From positions 90,368 through 154,367 of the forward strand of contig MU619241.1 of assembly GCA_025201805.1 (NCBI GenBank): 64,000 nt of DNA. Direction: 5' to 3'. Of this stretch, positions 1 to 12,925 are shown piece after piece (position 1 is the stretch's first letter; the number at the start of each line of letters is the position of its first letter). Made by a program: the position numbers and the translations under genes. The notes beneath the pieces are model-generated. The model was not told where the DNA came from. It was given only the letters and a program-made list of their open reading frames with translations, and searched no databases. This DNA comes from Parasitella parasitica NRRL 2501 (lineage: Eukaryota > Fungi > Mucoromycota).

Positions 1-470
1 GATTACAAGGAGAGAGTGTTCGACGCGCTCTGCTGAACGCTGGTTTCGGTTCTTACTGTGAAATGACTGGACCAGACAGCTCTGGGGATTGCTCTCTGGT
101 CTCATTAGCCTCAGCAAATGAGCAGCCTGTGCCTTTGTCTTCTTCCTCAAACGCATCTCCAAAATTACCCATGCAAAATGTGGTTGTCAACCATAAGGAA
201 GGGTTGGATTCAAGAAATTTTATTTATGACCTGGAAACAGGGTCTGCGATAAAAACAGGTGAATCGCTCTCCAGAACTGATGCATGTAATCAAAACGCAC
301 CTAATCATAATAATAAGGAAAACACTACTCCTGCGACGCCAACAGATCGCTTTCCGTGCTTTCATTGGGACGTGGATTCAGCTGTTCGCTCCATCTGTAA
401 AAGATGGCATGAAAAAACTCGAAAAACACTAAAAATAGAGAAAATGGATACCGGCATTGCCATCAATTAG
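1..470 (+). CDS. 3' end of SulP/SLC26 sulfate permease (STAS domain C-terminus); gene starts before the window
   Basis: The frame is open from nt 3 (LQGESVRRALLNAGFGSY...PTDRFPCFHWDVDSAVRSI). 'RRAL..AGFG' and 'FH.D.D.AV' are typical of fungal sulfate permease C-termini. Confidence 0.7.
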   Translation, partial: LQGESVRRALLNAGFGSYCEMTGPDSSGDCSLVSLASANEQPVPLSSSSNASPKLPMQNVVVNHKEGLDSRNFIYDLETGSAIKTGESLSRTDACNQNAPNHNNKENTTPATPTDRFPCFHWDVDSAVRSICKRWHEKTRKTLKIEKMDTGIAIN

Positions 471-964
471 CTTGCATCCTTTAGTGTATCCATATTTTGT
501 TACAAATATATTATTCAATAAAATAGATTTCATTTAGTTTACACAAGCATATTTTACTCTGGTATCACCTTATGCACTGTAAACATGCAAAGCAGACCAT
601 GATGGATTAGCTTTACAATTCTGCTGCGTCAGAGCCGAGTGAAAATCTATTTTTACAGTATAATACAACTTTTTACAGCATACAAACTTATTGCTGACAG
701 CCACTTCCTGAGCCTATATGGATGAGATTACAAAGAGGCTAGACCATCGTATTTCTCGTTTCTCGATCCAGGCACCAAATAGATATTGTTCGATTGAGCC
801 AAGCCATTTTCATTTCTAAATCTATATTTATATTTGTTTACAGTGTTTATGTCTCCTGAATAATTATAATATAGTAAGGTATATAAATGGGTGTAACATC
901 ATCATCATGAAATGACCTACAAAACACTTGTTCTTTCGTCTCTATCTTTTGTCATTATTTCAAT

Positions 965-1510
965 ATGGTGAAATCTGGATATATTTTTGTTTCTCTCGCA
1001 GTACTTGGTTCTGTTGTTATGGCTCAAGAAGGTATGGACGATAGCATTATTATCGTTGAATCCTTTACTGATTTAGTCAATCTTAGCCACGCCCACCGCT
1101 GCAGATGGAATCACTATCCCTACTGCTATTCCAAGCAATATCGCACTTCCCACTGAAATAGCTGATGTTGTTAGCAGTTTGATCAAAAATCCCTCAGGAA
1201 TAAACTCTTATATTTCTATGGTAAAGTCATATAACTTGATTGGTAAACCTCAACCACGACTGATTAACCTGTATGCTCTATCTATATACTACAAACATAG
1301 GCCTCCGATAAAGTAAGCCAGCTGCCTTCTCAATACCAAGCTTCCGCTTATTCTGCACTGTCAGCAGCAAGTAAATCCGCCGCTGTCTTTCAGCCTACTA
1401 AACCAGCAGGAGCATCCCATTCTTCTTCTGCTGCAACTACTGGTAATACTCCCGCTTCGTTTGCTATAAACGCTCTTGCTATTGCATCTGTGTTTGCTTT
1501 TCTTTTGTAG
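965..1510 (+). CDS. Small secreted Ser/Ala/Thr-rich protein, probably GPI-anchored (3 exons)
   Basis: Signal peptide MVKSGYIFVSLAVLGSVVMAQE; GT-AG introns at about 1032-1087 and 1220-1300; hydrophobic C-terminus FAINALAIASVFAFLL* ending at TAG 1510. Confidence 0.7.
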
Positions 1511-3056
1511 TCATATTCGCTTATCTTTTTTTGCTTGAGTTTTCTACTCTTCTTTACCCAGCAATAAATCACTGTGTGCCCTATACAGTAAAACTGTTTT
1601 TCAAGTCTTTTATGTTCATAATCAGCAAATGTTTGCTGTTAAACTCGCAAAAATGCTCATACATGACAAAGTATAGCAAATTATAGGTAATATAGCAAGG
1701 ATGGGTTTATTTGCAGTGTGATATAGTATTCAATGCATCATACAACTATAATCAGGACAGTTACAAGAAGGCTCAGTTTAGGTTAGTGTAGTACAATGCA
1801 GTTGTGCAGTAAATACATAGTGGGGTTTGTTTCTTTCAACTTGAACTCATGAAAAGCTTATTCGATTTACAACAAGTATGAACAAGCCATATGTACCTAC
1901 AAGCGAGAGATTGTCTAAAATGTAGGTAATTATACAGGAAGAATATGACATCTTGCACGCGATATAGAATGCTTCAAATGATCAAGACGCTTAAATAAAT
2001 ATGAGAGGTACCCACAAAATAAAGACTATTTTTTACTAAAACAGAAAAGAATCGACCAACCTCGAAAGACTGGGCGCTCTATAAAGTTAAGACACGATTA
2101 GATAAAGAGCAAAAGTAAGTAGAAATGGTCGTCTATAAAGCAGCTGTGTTAGATGCATTAGGGGCAGCTGGAAGGCTATCATCATGAGCTTTTGCTTGGG
2201 ATTTAAAATTTTTCAAGTCAAAAAAGATACAAAGAGTAGTCCAGAGTACACAGGAAGCAAGGAAATTGCTATCTAGGCCCACATGAAGGCAAAATTGCTT
2301 GTAAAAATGCTTTAAAAGGTCAAAATTACCCATTTATTTCTATATTTCTCGCCTCATCGACCGTTTTAAGCTCCCAAAAGCACACCAAACAGTCGCTGTG
2401 GAACAACATATTCGTTTTAGCTCATTTTGGTGAATTTTTGCAGACCTTTTTTTTTCACCCAAACTTTGCCTTATGATACCTCATCTGATATCATTTTTTT
2501 GACAAGTGTCGATTTTTCAGTCGAAAAGCGGAACTTTTTACTAAGGTACACATGAGAGAAAAATGTTGGTGCGGGTTGTCTTTATATGATGGCAGTGTTT
2601 ATTTGGAGACTGTATATTGAATTTTTTGACCTTTTTTCAATAGACTAAAATGCCATATTTTTGATATTATTATTGTATTTTATTGATGAAATTAATAGAT
2701 ATATGAAGGTATTAAATAGAGCACATTCGGTTGCATAATTTTGCTTTGGTGCTTTTATTTGCCCACTATTTGTTTTTGGATGTAAAAATTCTTCAAAGGA
2801 TATATTATTTCCAAAAATGTCAAAATAGAACAAAAATGAACCAAAAAGTACCACTTGTTTTCACATTCCGCTGAATGCTTCCGTTGACAGAGCTGCCAAA
2901 CAAATGTCATGTTTTAAATGGAAATTTTATTCCCATTAACGACATTCCTTGAGAGATAATGAATTGTCAATTTTAGCAAAGAACTCAGAGGGCATAATTA
3001 ACTTTGCTTTATTCATTTTTCTTTGATATCATCATATACTGAGGTAGATGTCAAAT

Positions 3057-4487
3057 TTACTTGGATTCGGCAAGACCAACTCTGTTATTGCCAAGGTCAT
3101 AAACACTATAAAACTTGCGAAGGAAGACATCGCCAACAATCCAAAGAGGGCCAGCAGGCTCAGGGATATCCATTCCCATGAAACCAGAGATGCATTGATC
3201 TTGAACTTTGAGAACATAATCTTCACCCTTCAAACAGAAATCTTTGCCGTTAAAGACAAAGCAGAACTCAGGAAGTGTATGGACAACAGAGCAATCGAGA
3301 GTGTATTGACCAGCCCAATTCTTTTCTGCACCTAATTCGTGATTGATCAAATCAGCAATTGTGGTAGGGGCAATCAAAAGAGAGGAACCGGTATCAATCG
3401 CAGCACCAACAGGATCTAAATTAATGTAATCGCCACCAAACTTGATGTTCTCAAGTTCAATCTCCCAGTAGCCCTTTCTTCTAATAGGAGCCCAAGTGAT
3501 GTTGCCCTTAAAATGATCAGGATCGACACCACCAAAGATAAGCTCGCCACCACTTTCAGAACCTTCTTTGTTGATATCGTTCAACCAGAAAGAAAAGAGC
3601 TTTTCATCGACTAAATCTCTGTTTACCATGTGGTAGAAAGGAGGGACAGTATGTTGGACAGAGATCGTGTCATAACCAAGGCCAAAAATGCCATCAAACT
3701 TGGCTAATGCAAAAGTGAACCCTGGTTCTTTGACAGATTCCGCAAAACCTTGGTCCTCGACCTTAATGCCACCGACACGTAAAGTATCTTGACTGATAAA
3801 GCCTTCCAAAGAGCCAGTGCCGTATTGAATAGCAAATTCAGTGCCGTTCTCTTTGAAAGTCTCTGATTGAGCAGAGTTGTAGCGGCGATGCATGAAACAG
3901 GCAATCGAATTGCAATGGGTAGAAGGAACCCAAAGGTTAGAAGAGCCGGTATCGAATACAACGGAGAAGGTTTGAGGAGGGGAACCAAGTTCAATATCAC
4001 CATAATACTACGTATGCATGAAGCATGTCAGATGATCGGCATTTGACAACCTAAATGATTCCAACTTACTTGAGCATTCATGTAGTTTGAGATAGGGACA
4101 CCATGCTCCACACTTCCATCAGGCTTGATTTGGAAGGGAGTAATGCTCACATCTTGATAACGACTAGCACCAAAGTATTTTTGGGTCAAATATTCACCGG
4201 TATGAGCATAACGCTGAAGTCTTTCAGAGGGAGTTTCCTCTACCTTTTTGATGGCAATTCTGTAAATTTTTACAGTTAGTCAAGCGGATCCCTGTATTTT
4301 CCTTGCTCGTATGCTTGGGGAGGGGTATGACAGCAGAAATAATGCTGATTACTCATGCATAACCATCTCGCAAATATAGCCCGAATATATAAACCAAATG
4401 TCAAAAATGTGCTTACCTCGAGACAGCAGCTTCAGATACAGATGCAAGAGCAGTAGCAATAATGGCGGACAACGCAAAGATCTTCAT
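3057..4487 (-). CDS. PEP4: Vacuolar aspartic protease (proteinase A/saccharopepsin), 3 exons
   Basis: Signal MKIFALSAIIATALA; two catalytic motifs FDTGSSNLW and IDTGSSL; GVPISNYMNAQYYG; IVGDVFLRKFYSVYD. Confidence 0.95.
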
Positions 4488-5093
4488 TGTTTCGTTATGA
4501 GTGTCAAAATGATGAAGGAGAAAAAGGAAACGAAAATGAAAAAAGAAAACAAATATAGCTCTCTTCGGGCTTTTTGGTGCTGTGGACAGTATTGAGACAG
4601 TTCATCGTGATGTCATTTCTGATAAGAAGGTCTTGTGCCAAGCGAGAAAACACAAGCAAGAGCCATCATATGGGAAAAGCATCAACAAACCGTTTATAAA
4701 CTTTACATGCAAATGTTGGGAGACTTGAACTTGTGTCTTACATGAATACATTTCCCGTTTTGTCAAGATCGACGTAAACAAACCACATTCAGATGATTTG
4801 CATAGAAAGAATTGTGAGGGCTCTCCAGGGCTTTGAGAATTTGCTGTAAATGGCCTTGCTTGATACCAACAGTTTCGTATTAGAGAATGCTGTTGCAATT
4901 GGAAAAGCGGAAACATCTCCATCGCAGACCCAAAGGCAAAAATATCTAAATACTCGGTATTATGGCATCAAATGCAATAAGGAACAATCTGTCTCTCTCT
5001 CACTCTCTTTTCCCTCAACCCCTTTCATATTGTAATATCACATGAATTTTATTAACAAGAGTCTTCAAAGCTATAATCAAAAAACTACAACAT

Positions 5094-5798
5094 TTAGAAC
5101 TTCATGTCGTGAGGGAATTGACCCTTGTTCAAACCAAAGTTGGAAGTCAAGTATTGACGGAGGAAAGGAGTCTTGGCAATAACTTGGAGAAGAGCATTGT
5201 CGACAGTCTTTTGATCAGCAACCTTGGACTCGGGGTAAGCAGCCTTTTTTTGCTCGCCTTCGAGGAAAGCCTTCTCAGTCTTGGCAGACTTCTTAAAGTA
5301 GGCATCGTTGAACTTGGCATCAATGGAGACGGAAGCAAGGTCGAGCTTGGTAGAAGTAGCAATGACATAAGCTTGGTTGACACGTCTCAAGGGGACACCG
5401 TTGACCTTGAAGGGACCAGTGACCAAGAGAAGGCCAGAGTCGAGTTGCTTCAAAACAACAACACGCTTTCCACGGTAGCGACCTGCGAGGAGGATGACAA
5501 CAGTACCGGCAGTGATGGAGGCACGGAGAGTAGTCTTCTTGGCAGCCTTACGGTTAACCTTGGGTTGAGGGATATCCTCGGCAGGATAGAAACGAGAAGC
5601 CTTTTGAGCAGGGACAGTACGGTTTTTACCGTTCTTACCACCCTTTACCTCAACAGTCTTGTCGGTAGCAGCAGCCTTGGCAGGAGCAGCAACAGCGTTG
5701 TGCTTACGCTTGTACTGAGCCTTCTTGGAGTAGGCAGCAGAACGAGAGAAGCGAGAGACGCCAGGAGCAATGAAGCTGTTTCTAGGTGCGTGGGGCAT
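5094..5798 (-). CDS. RPL6: 60S ribosomal protein L6 (eL6)
   Basis: LRASITAGTVVILLAGRYRGKRVVVLKQL, GPFKVNGVPLRRVNQAYVIATS, C-terminal FPHDMKF; strong codon bias. Confidence 0.97.
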   Translation of the reverse strand: MPHAPRNSFIAPGVSRFSRSAAYSKKAQYKRKHNAVAAPAKAAATDKTVEVKGGKNGKNRTVPAQKASRFYPAEDIPQPKVNRKAAKKTTLRASITAGTVVILLAGRYRGKRVVVLKQLDSGLLLVTGPFKVNGVPLRRVNQAYVIATSTKLDLASVSIDAKFNDAYFKKSAKTEKAFLEGEQKKAAYPESKVADQKTVDNALLQVIAKTPFLRQYLTSNFGLNKGQFPHDMKF

Positions 5799-5803
5799 AA
5801 TAG

Positions 5804-6362
5804 CTAAAATGAGGCGAGTTAATATGATATCCTTTCTAATTCCTTCAAGCTTTAAAAGTAAATCAGCATCAATTTAAGAAGAAGAAGAAAAGTACAGATA
5901 TCCAAATGTCCAATGTGATTTTCAATTGAGTGCACAGATGTGTTAATTGCTGATTTCAAAGAATAACAGTGTTCAATAACATAAACCACACTGTCATACG
6001 TATCTGTTACTTTTACACTGGTACGCTGTATGATCCGTACAATCCAAGCGACAAATTAATCTGATCGTGCGAATTCAACTGAAAATGGAACACACAGTGA
6101 TTGTGAGAATCTTTACTGATACAGATGCACAGTTAAACTATCAACATCCATATGATCAAACCAAAGGATGGATGGCTGACTGTCAGCATCTTTCACTGGA
6201 TGTGCTGGAATATTGATGTATATTCCTTTCTTCTTCTTCTTTGCTTGATTTCAATGATGGATAGCATAATCCTTATGGAATTATACCCATCCATTATGCT
6301 GATTTAACCATCTATCTATTATTCTCCTTCCTCCCCTCGTTATCACTATCTCTTATATGTAC
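5804..6362 (-). other. Large 5'UTR intron of RPL6 (559 nt), preceded by a short non-coding exon with a pyrimidine-rich start
   Basis: Minus strand reads ccatcctctttttcgtgattgccaaag|gtacat...cattttag|ctattATG. The upstream ATG|gtgagt near 6405 would be out of frame with RPL6. Confidence 0.7.
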
Positions 6363-7810
6363 CTTTGGCAATCACGAAAAAGAGGATGGTTTGTTAAAGA
6401 CTCACCATGGATATTTAACAAACCTTCAATGTCCCGGGCGCCGCAAAACAATCGGACAGTCAACCAAAAACTTAAGCTACAGCCAATCATGGCAAAGTCA
6501 AACTATTGATAAGAGTGATTACAATGACAAGTCTCCTTGATGAGAGGTGAGAGTGCGCATCATTACAAGATAATGTTCACAACTAATCAATCTATCTTCA
6601 TGATTAAGCATGTCATCCCAAAAATGAAATTACATCTGCAAAGGCATAATATCAAAAATACCTTGGATAAATTATACATTGAAATTCTTGGCTACTCTGC
6701 AGATCAGAGATGTTAAGAGTAACGTTATTCATCAGATCGCTGTATTAGCTTTCCCTTTACACATTCGCTGAAGAACACTTTTGCTGTAGGTATCAAGGCG
6801 TCAAGGTACATTTCTCCATGGATTAGCATCAACAAGCAAATATCGCACAATCTATAAAATGTCAAGTGGTTGACATTTGCTGTTCTTCGTACAACTTTTT
6901 ATATGCGTGCATTTCCATGGTTAAGACGTGTGCCCTCTTTCTACTGTGCATCATTTATTTGTCTTTGGTTGTTTTTAGTGAAGAACTGCCAAGATTGCTG
7001 CCTCGTGATGATGAGTTAGATTTCGAGCAATGCTGTAGCCGAACAAAATGGGAAAATGATATTGTAATCATACACAAAAATAAGCAGTGTAATCTAAACC
7101 GCTCACAATAAACGCTGGAGTAGCTTGCGAGATTCACTGCCAACTTCTTTGGTGATTTTATCACTGTCAACGCTCAAGATATTCTAAAATCTCTTGCTGT
7201 CAAGGGGATTCTTCAGCATCAAATTATGTGGGGAATGCAAGCCATGGTATGTAGGACTTTATCATGAAAAAAGCATCACCACCACAACTGAGACAGACTC
7301 GGCAGAGACCGTTACATTAGTGCTTTCGAAACCGACATGAAATAGGTCAAAATCTCTGGTGTAATCACATTAACTTCAACCGACACTACAGTTGTTACCG
7401 GGTCTAAATGCTTTAAAGCCGGTGCTACTTTTACAACAACTACTGTCGAGGATTGTGCCTTTCCAAAATCAAAACATTATCAGAAATGATTTGATAAAGA
7501 TTGCTACGAAGATGATGGCGATGGCAATGAAAAAAAAAAAGAAGATGACAATTGGGAAAATGAATGATTTCCGTACAAAAACCACTGCATCTATACTGTC
7601 TCAGCAACCGAAATCCTGGCACAACTATTTATTTATACAGTTAGCTAAAAATATAATCTTGGTTATATATCCACAAATTGCAAAAAAAAAAGTTAAAAAT
7701 ATATGTATAAATTTCCATGATTGATTGTGGTTATGGAGCTCGAGCGCGTTGGAGTGATTATTAGTTACTGCTGTAAATGTTTTAAATAGTAGATATATTT
7801 TTTGCTTCTT

Positions 7811-9842
7811 TTAATCGGTCAAAGCGTTATCTGAATGAGGCAATTCCTCAAGTCTTTCGGCCTTAAGCTCCTCGTTCTTCTTGGCTAAGGTTACTTCAGC
7901 CAACTCTGTGCGAAGTTTGTCAATTTCAATCTCAAGAACACGAATCTTGGTGTCCTTTTGAGTAATCAAGTTCTTCAATTCTTCATTTTCCTTACAAAGT
8001 TCCTTCAGCTGATTCTGAGTCTATAATTATTATTGCGTTGGTTTATGCAAAAATATAGGCGCATAATAAAAACTTACATTCTTCTCGGCAGAAGTGGCAC
8101 TAGCAGATCCAGAGGAGGCAGATGCAGTATCCGGCTTGACATCGTCAACAGGCGCGGAAGGCGTGAATTCTTTCTTTTCCTTGACAGTGAAGCCAAGCTC
8201 AAGATCAATCAGCTTAGGATCGGCATCTTTACCCTCAAACCATTCATCAGCAGTAAGAGCAGGCTCATCGCTGATGCAAGGGGGGAAGATGTCGGATTGG
8301 AAAGCGTCAGACTATAGAAAAATATACGGAATGTTTAAGATCTCCTTGATTATGATATACAGGCAGAGACAAAGATGTGATATACCTTTCTAGGCACAGT
8401 GAAAGAGATGGGCTCAATCAAGGTAGTGCCAACCTTGTAAGCTCTGGCGATTTCGCATTCATTGACATGAACACCACGCTTGGGTAAGAAGCCCATACCT
8501 CTTTGAGGGTCAGTAGCCTTAAACTCAGAGAGAAGGAACAGGTCGTCATTATCGTATTCATAATAACGAATATTACCGTCACTACATGTAAGAAAAAAAG
8601 GAGGGGGGAGGCGTATAAGGAGGCAGTTTTAGCATAAGCAAAGTAAAGCTTACCCTTTGCCAGCAAGATACAACATTTTGGTACCTGCATCATAGAAAGG
8701 CATGATGACACCAGAAGAAGTATCCAAAAATTCAGATTTGATGGGCTTAGCGAGATTAGTAGCGTCCCACAAGTTCAATTGACGATCACTCATGCGAGAA
8801 AAGCCTGTGGTTGCCAAACGGTCTGTCTCGCCAAGCCATACAACGCGAGAACCTTTGATACCTTGATGGCCAGGACCTTCCTGAATGACTTTGTTGGCAC
8901 GGACATCAAATACGCGAAGCTTTTTATCTCTGCAGGTGGTTGCTAAAAGAGACCCATTGTAATTCCATGCCATGGATTGAATGATTTCATTGTGGCCCGT
9001 GATTTCCTGCTTTTCTAATCCCTTTTCAATATCCCACAACTTGATGGTGTGATCAGCACTTGAAGAAGCCAAAACATTTTCAGCAACTGGGTGGAAAAGA
9101 ACATGGCCAACTTTGCTACAAATCATGGGGTTATGCATTGTTCTCACAGCGTTAGTAAACAAACTTACCGGCCATGACCAGATAATTTCAACACAGGAGT
9201 AACCTCTTCTTGATTTTCGGCGTACTCTTCGGGGATGTTCCAAATCATAATCTTACTGTCCTCTGCTCCAGAGGCAATAACATAGTCGTTGAAGGGATTG
9301 AAGTCGGTATCAAGAACAGGGGCAGTGTGTCCTCGGTAAAGAGGATAGTTGTCAGGCAATTTGCCTATCCATACCAGCTCAATATGTTAGGCTTTTTTGC
9401 GCCGTGCAAACAAGAAAAACTTACCAAGTTGAGTGTGAGGGATTACAGCAAAAGCACCTCCACCAGAAGCGTTCCAATTAACAGAAATGAAAAGCTAATC
9501 ATTGTACCACCATATTAAGTCTTCTTCTTCTTGATTTTTCTTATTTTTTTTTTTTTTTTTTGAAAAAAAGGAGCATACCTGTTGCAGATTTGTCGCCGTG
9601 CCGTATTTTCTTTTTAATGGTATTTGTCAACTCAAGGCACACGTTATCTGCAGCTTGTGGCTTGATAATCTGATTTGTCATTTCAGGTTGCCAGCCTTTT
9701 TTTGAAAACTTACAGGATTTGCCTTGACCATGTTGGTATCCCAGGCATTGGCACTTACACGAAGATTATCATAGCAGAAATCTCGCTTGGCGCAAGTACC
9801 ATAAACGTGGCGATATTTAGAGGGGCGAACAAAGAAAGCCAT
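7811..9842 (-). CDS. CRN1: Coronin (WD40 actin-binding protein with C-terminal coiled coil), multi-exon
   Basis: MAFFVRPSKYRHVYG, GHTAPVLDTDFNPFND, HQGIKGSRVVW, TGFSRMSDRQ, YLAGKG|DGNIRYYE, PISFTVPRK, coiled-coil tail. Confidence 0.95.
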
Positions 9843-10207
9843 GACTCAGTTGCTATGGTAACGTGTTTGTGAATGAAGCCTTGTTGATTTGCAACCGTTG
9901 ACACTTACATTTAGAGGCGAGAGAAATGAATAGAATGGGGAAAGGAAAAAAAGAAAGAAGAAAGAAATTAAGAAACCAAAGATGGTATATTTAAATAGAA
10001 ACAAATTGAACGCACACGACGACCACTACTAGAAAGTCCGGCTCTGATCTTCCTTGAAGGCACAATCCCCCTCTTCACTTCAAATTATACATCACAGCTT
10101 GCAACTGTTGGCTTGCATTCGGGTTTGGACCCGTAATTTCATTGTATTTTTGTACAAATACAGATTGCAGCATAACAACGTAAAATTTTATTAGGCGTGT
10201 AGTTTTC

Positions 10208-10489
10208 CTAAGGCTTTGTTTTTAATTTTTTAGAGGCTTGTTCTTCACAAATCGAAGGCTCTTCTTCGTCTGCTTGCTCTTCTTGCTTCTGCTTTTCAAT
10301 TTCATCCTCTTCAACTGTAGCCACTTTGCTTTGCTTTTCTTGCTCTAAAATGTGTGTCAGAAATGTGTTTACTTGTTCTTTCAAGCTGAGAATATTGTCA
10401 GTCAAGGTTTTACTGTCGTCAAGAGGCACCTCTATGAGTTTACTAGTTGTGTTTTCTGTGTTATTGTACGTTGCTGTAAGGTTCGGCAT
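10208..10489 (-). CDS. GON7: Gon7-like small acidic protein (EKC/KEOPS subunit)
   Basis: 93-aa ORF with 'MPNLTATY' N-terminus and 'LKEQVNTFLTHILEQEK' helix followed by an acidic tail, the Gon7 pattern. Confidence 0.6.
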   Translation of the reverse strand: MPNLTATYNNTENTTSKLIEVPLDDSKTLTDNILSLKEQVNTFLTHILEQEKQSKVATVEEDEIEKQKQEEQADEEEPSICEEQASKKLKTKP

Positions 10490-10949
10490 GGCTGCTTGTA
10501 TCTAATGGAACACCTAGAATTTCGTATTGTTCAACAGGTAAAGCAAAAAGAAGAAAGAAAAGAAAATCAATAGGCTTCAACCCCGCCAAATATTTTATAG
10601 CACTCTAGCAATGATGGTTGTTTAAATAAGTTGAGGAAGATAACTCTTGGTATGAACGCCCTCCAACCCCAATAATGCAGCATTATTTGCCACGTTACAA
10701 AAAGCGAAAGCATGCCATGGGATTGTGTTTCTGAACAGCGTATTTGATTTGTCGGACCATATTTACAATGGGCTAAAAGCGATTGTTCACTAGCGAAAAA
10801 TGGGAGATCATCAAGCACATCAATAAAGCTCTTAAAAACCAAAATACTGGATGCCTATAGAGTTGCTTGAAATGCCACACTTGCATTTCTTAACTCTAAC
10901 CATGAGCACATTTACAGCATCGACGCTCACATTGTTATTTTTTTTTATT

Positions 10950-11400
10950 GAACAAGAAACGGCATGGTGAGCACACAGAAATGCACAGAACTCGATAGAC
11001 TTGTCAAACTCTGGGTACCAATTCTCCAGACATTGTTTCAAGGCAACAAATCAAGTGTAAATGGGCAGAGTCGAAAGCTTATTACGATGATTACAAAATC
11101 GAATACAGATTTGTAGTGTTCAAAAATGACCAGGTGGTCGCTTTGCTTGATAGCGAAGCTGCAAGATATCTTTACAATCAGAAACAAATGATGACCAGCT
11201 TGAACTCGCCGTATAAAGCAAATGCAGCATTGACTACATCATCCAGCAATCAGCATCTTTAACATTCGGAAGACCTTGATGCGCATGATTCAAATCAGCC
11301 AAAACCTATGGAAAGTCAAAAACACTGCGCTTATGTGATTGTGGACTTTATTGTATTTAGCATCACGCCATATTGTTCTTGGTCACAATAAATTCTCTGA
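10950..11400 (+). pseudogene. Frameshifted relic of an expanded Mucorales protein family (putative PD-(D/E)xK-like, likely TE-related)
   Basis: Pieces across frames read TELDRLVKLWVPILQTLFQG / IKCKWAESK..YKIEYRFVV..LLDSEAARY / DDQLELAV*SKCSIDYII, with stops and frameshifts. Confidence 0.5.
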
Positions 11401-11658
11401 ATAGTAATAATAACAAAAAAGATTCATAATTCACATAGGAGCAAGTAAATGTGTTTGGAAAACTGTAGACCTACTGCACCAATCCCAAGGAATTACTCAT
11501 AGGACATGGTTGTGAACATAGAGAAAAAGGAGGCTGCCCCATTTGAGGCTAAATGCGATCCTTTAAAGATTGTGTTGGGCCTGTCAACGGAACATAGACC
11601 TAAAGCAACGAGTATTTTGTATTCGAGTTATAGGTGATGACTGTAAAAGTAACTAGTT

Positions 11659-12399
11659 TTATTGACCACAAACTTCAAGGTTTTTGATAGAGGCATCGAG
11701 GATTAATTTTGCTTTTGTCTCTTTCATGTGGGCATTGAATTGAGCTGCGGAATTTACTTTTGGATATGGCATGTCAACAGGTACATTTTTATCAAGGAAC
11801 TTACAAAGCCCATCCCATCCCTCACCGAGCTTGTAAACATACAGTTGATCGGCAGGTATCAACTCTTTCACCTGCTTTATGTGATTTTCATAGTACATTT
11901 TCATAGCCTCCCTATCCAAATCTTCACCTTTACGCTGAAGAGGGCCATCACAAATAATTTCTTGGACAAGCTTTCTGTAATAAAAGCGTGGGTTACCTTC
12001 TTCTATAGGAGGGGGATTTTTTAAGGCAGGCCAGATGGTATTTTCCATTGATGTGAACCAATCTTGAAAATCTCTTTCAGTCAAGATAACTTTTGCGTCA
12101 GGATATTTGGCAAAAAGATGCTTGTAAAAGTAGGCTCCAGTGAAATCAGCACAAGCATCGTAGCCAGCATATACTTTATCCCAGTCAGCAGTGTCTCTAT
12201 TTACTGCAGCATTGTAAAATAGCTCACTATCTTTAAAATCACTATGTTTCATTTCCTTCAAGTGGTGGCATTTATACCTATGAAGCATGTATTAGTATTT
12301 TGCCTAGATGTACGCTACACTTCCTCACCCCAATGAATTCATAGCGAGACTGAAGCTGCTGGTGCCTGTGCGGCCAAGACTTGCATTAATGACTTTCAT
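11659..12399 (-). CDS. P-loop sulfotransferase-family protein (Sulfotransfer_4), 2 exons
   Basis: MKVINASLGRTGTSS..LG|YKCHH, YPDAKVILTERDFQDWFTS, GEGWDGLCKFLDKNVP..YPKVN. Confidence 0.9.
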
Positions 12400-12925
12400 A
12401 GATGCTGTATACAATTGCAATAATATTAAAGAAAAGAGCGCGATACCCAAACATAAAGTTGATTTTTATACATGCAGTAAAGTTAGGACTGCAGGTATGC
12501 ATTCGTGGCTCTCCTTATGAATAGCTGGCAAGTTCAGGACCTTGTGTTTCATGGATCTTCAAACAAAAAATATTTCCATGGTTGCACGAGTCTATTAGTA
12601 CAACTGGCCATTCATCTTTTGAAAGATGGAAATTACACTCTCCGTGTTTTTTTCGAGCTAGAGTTCAGCAAACTAAATGTACGGTTTATTACGTTATAAA
12701 ATGGTGCATGGTCCGTAATGATATAAAGCATTGGGGGGTAGTAGTTTGATGACCACGATTATGTATAATCAAGCTAAATATTTGTGTTGGAGTTATGTTA
12801 TATAATAAAAAGTAACGGTCGTTTGAAGAGTATCGTGCATACTTTTTTTGTAGATCTTTATACACAAACCACAGTAGATAAGGAATCCGGGTAGAATCCA
12901 GTAATCTAACCAAGGCAAATGTCTC

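Noticed and set aside
2040-2900. AT-rich stretch with short direct repeats resembling transposon ends
   Set aside because: No TIR pair, TSD or coding motif identified.
5109-5807. 232-aa plus-strand ORF
   Set aside because: Antisense shadow of the codon-biased RPL6. The same applies to many short antisense ORFs in the track.
6500-7725. Coding-like fragments on the plus strand between RPL6 and coronin
   Set aside because: Multiple stops and no motif I can assign; possibly a pseudogene but not supportable.
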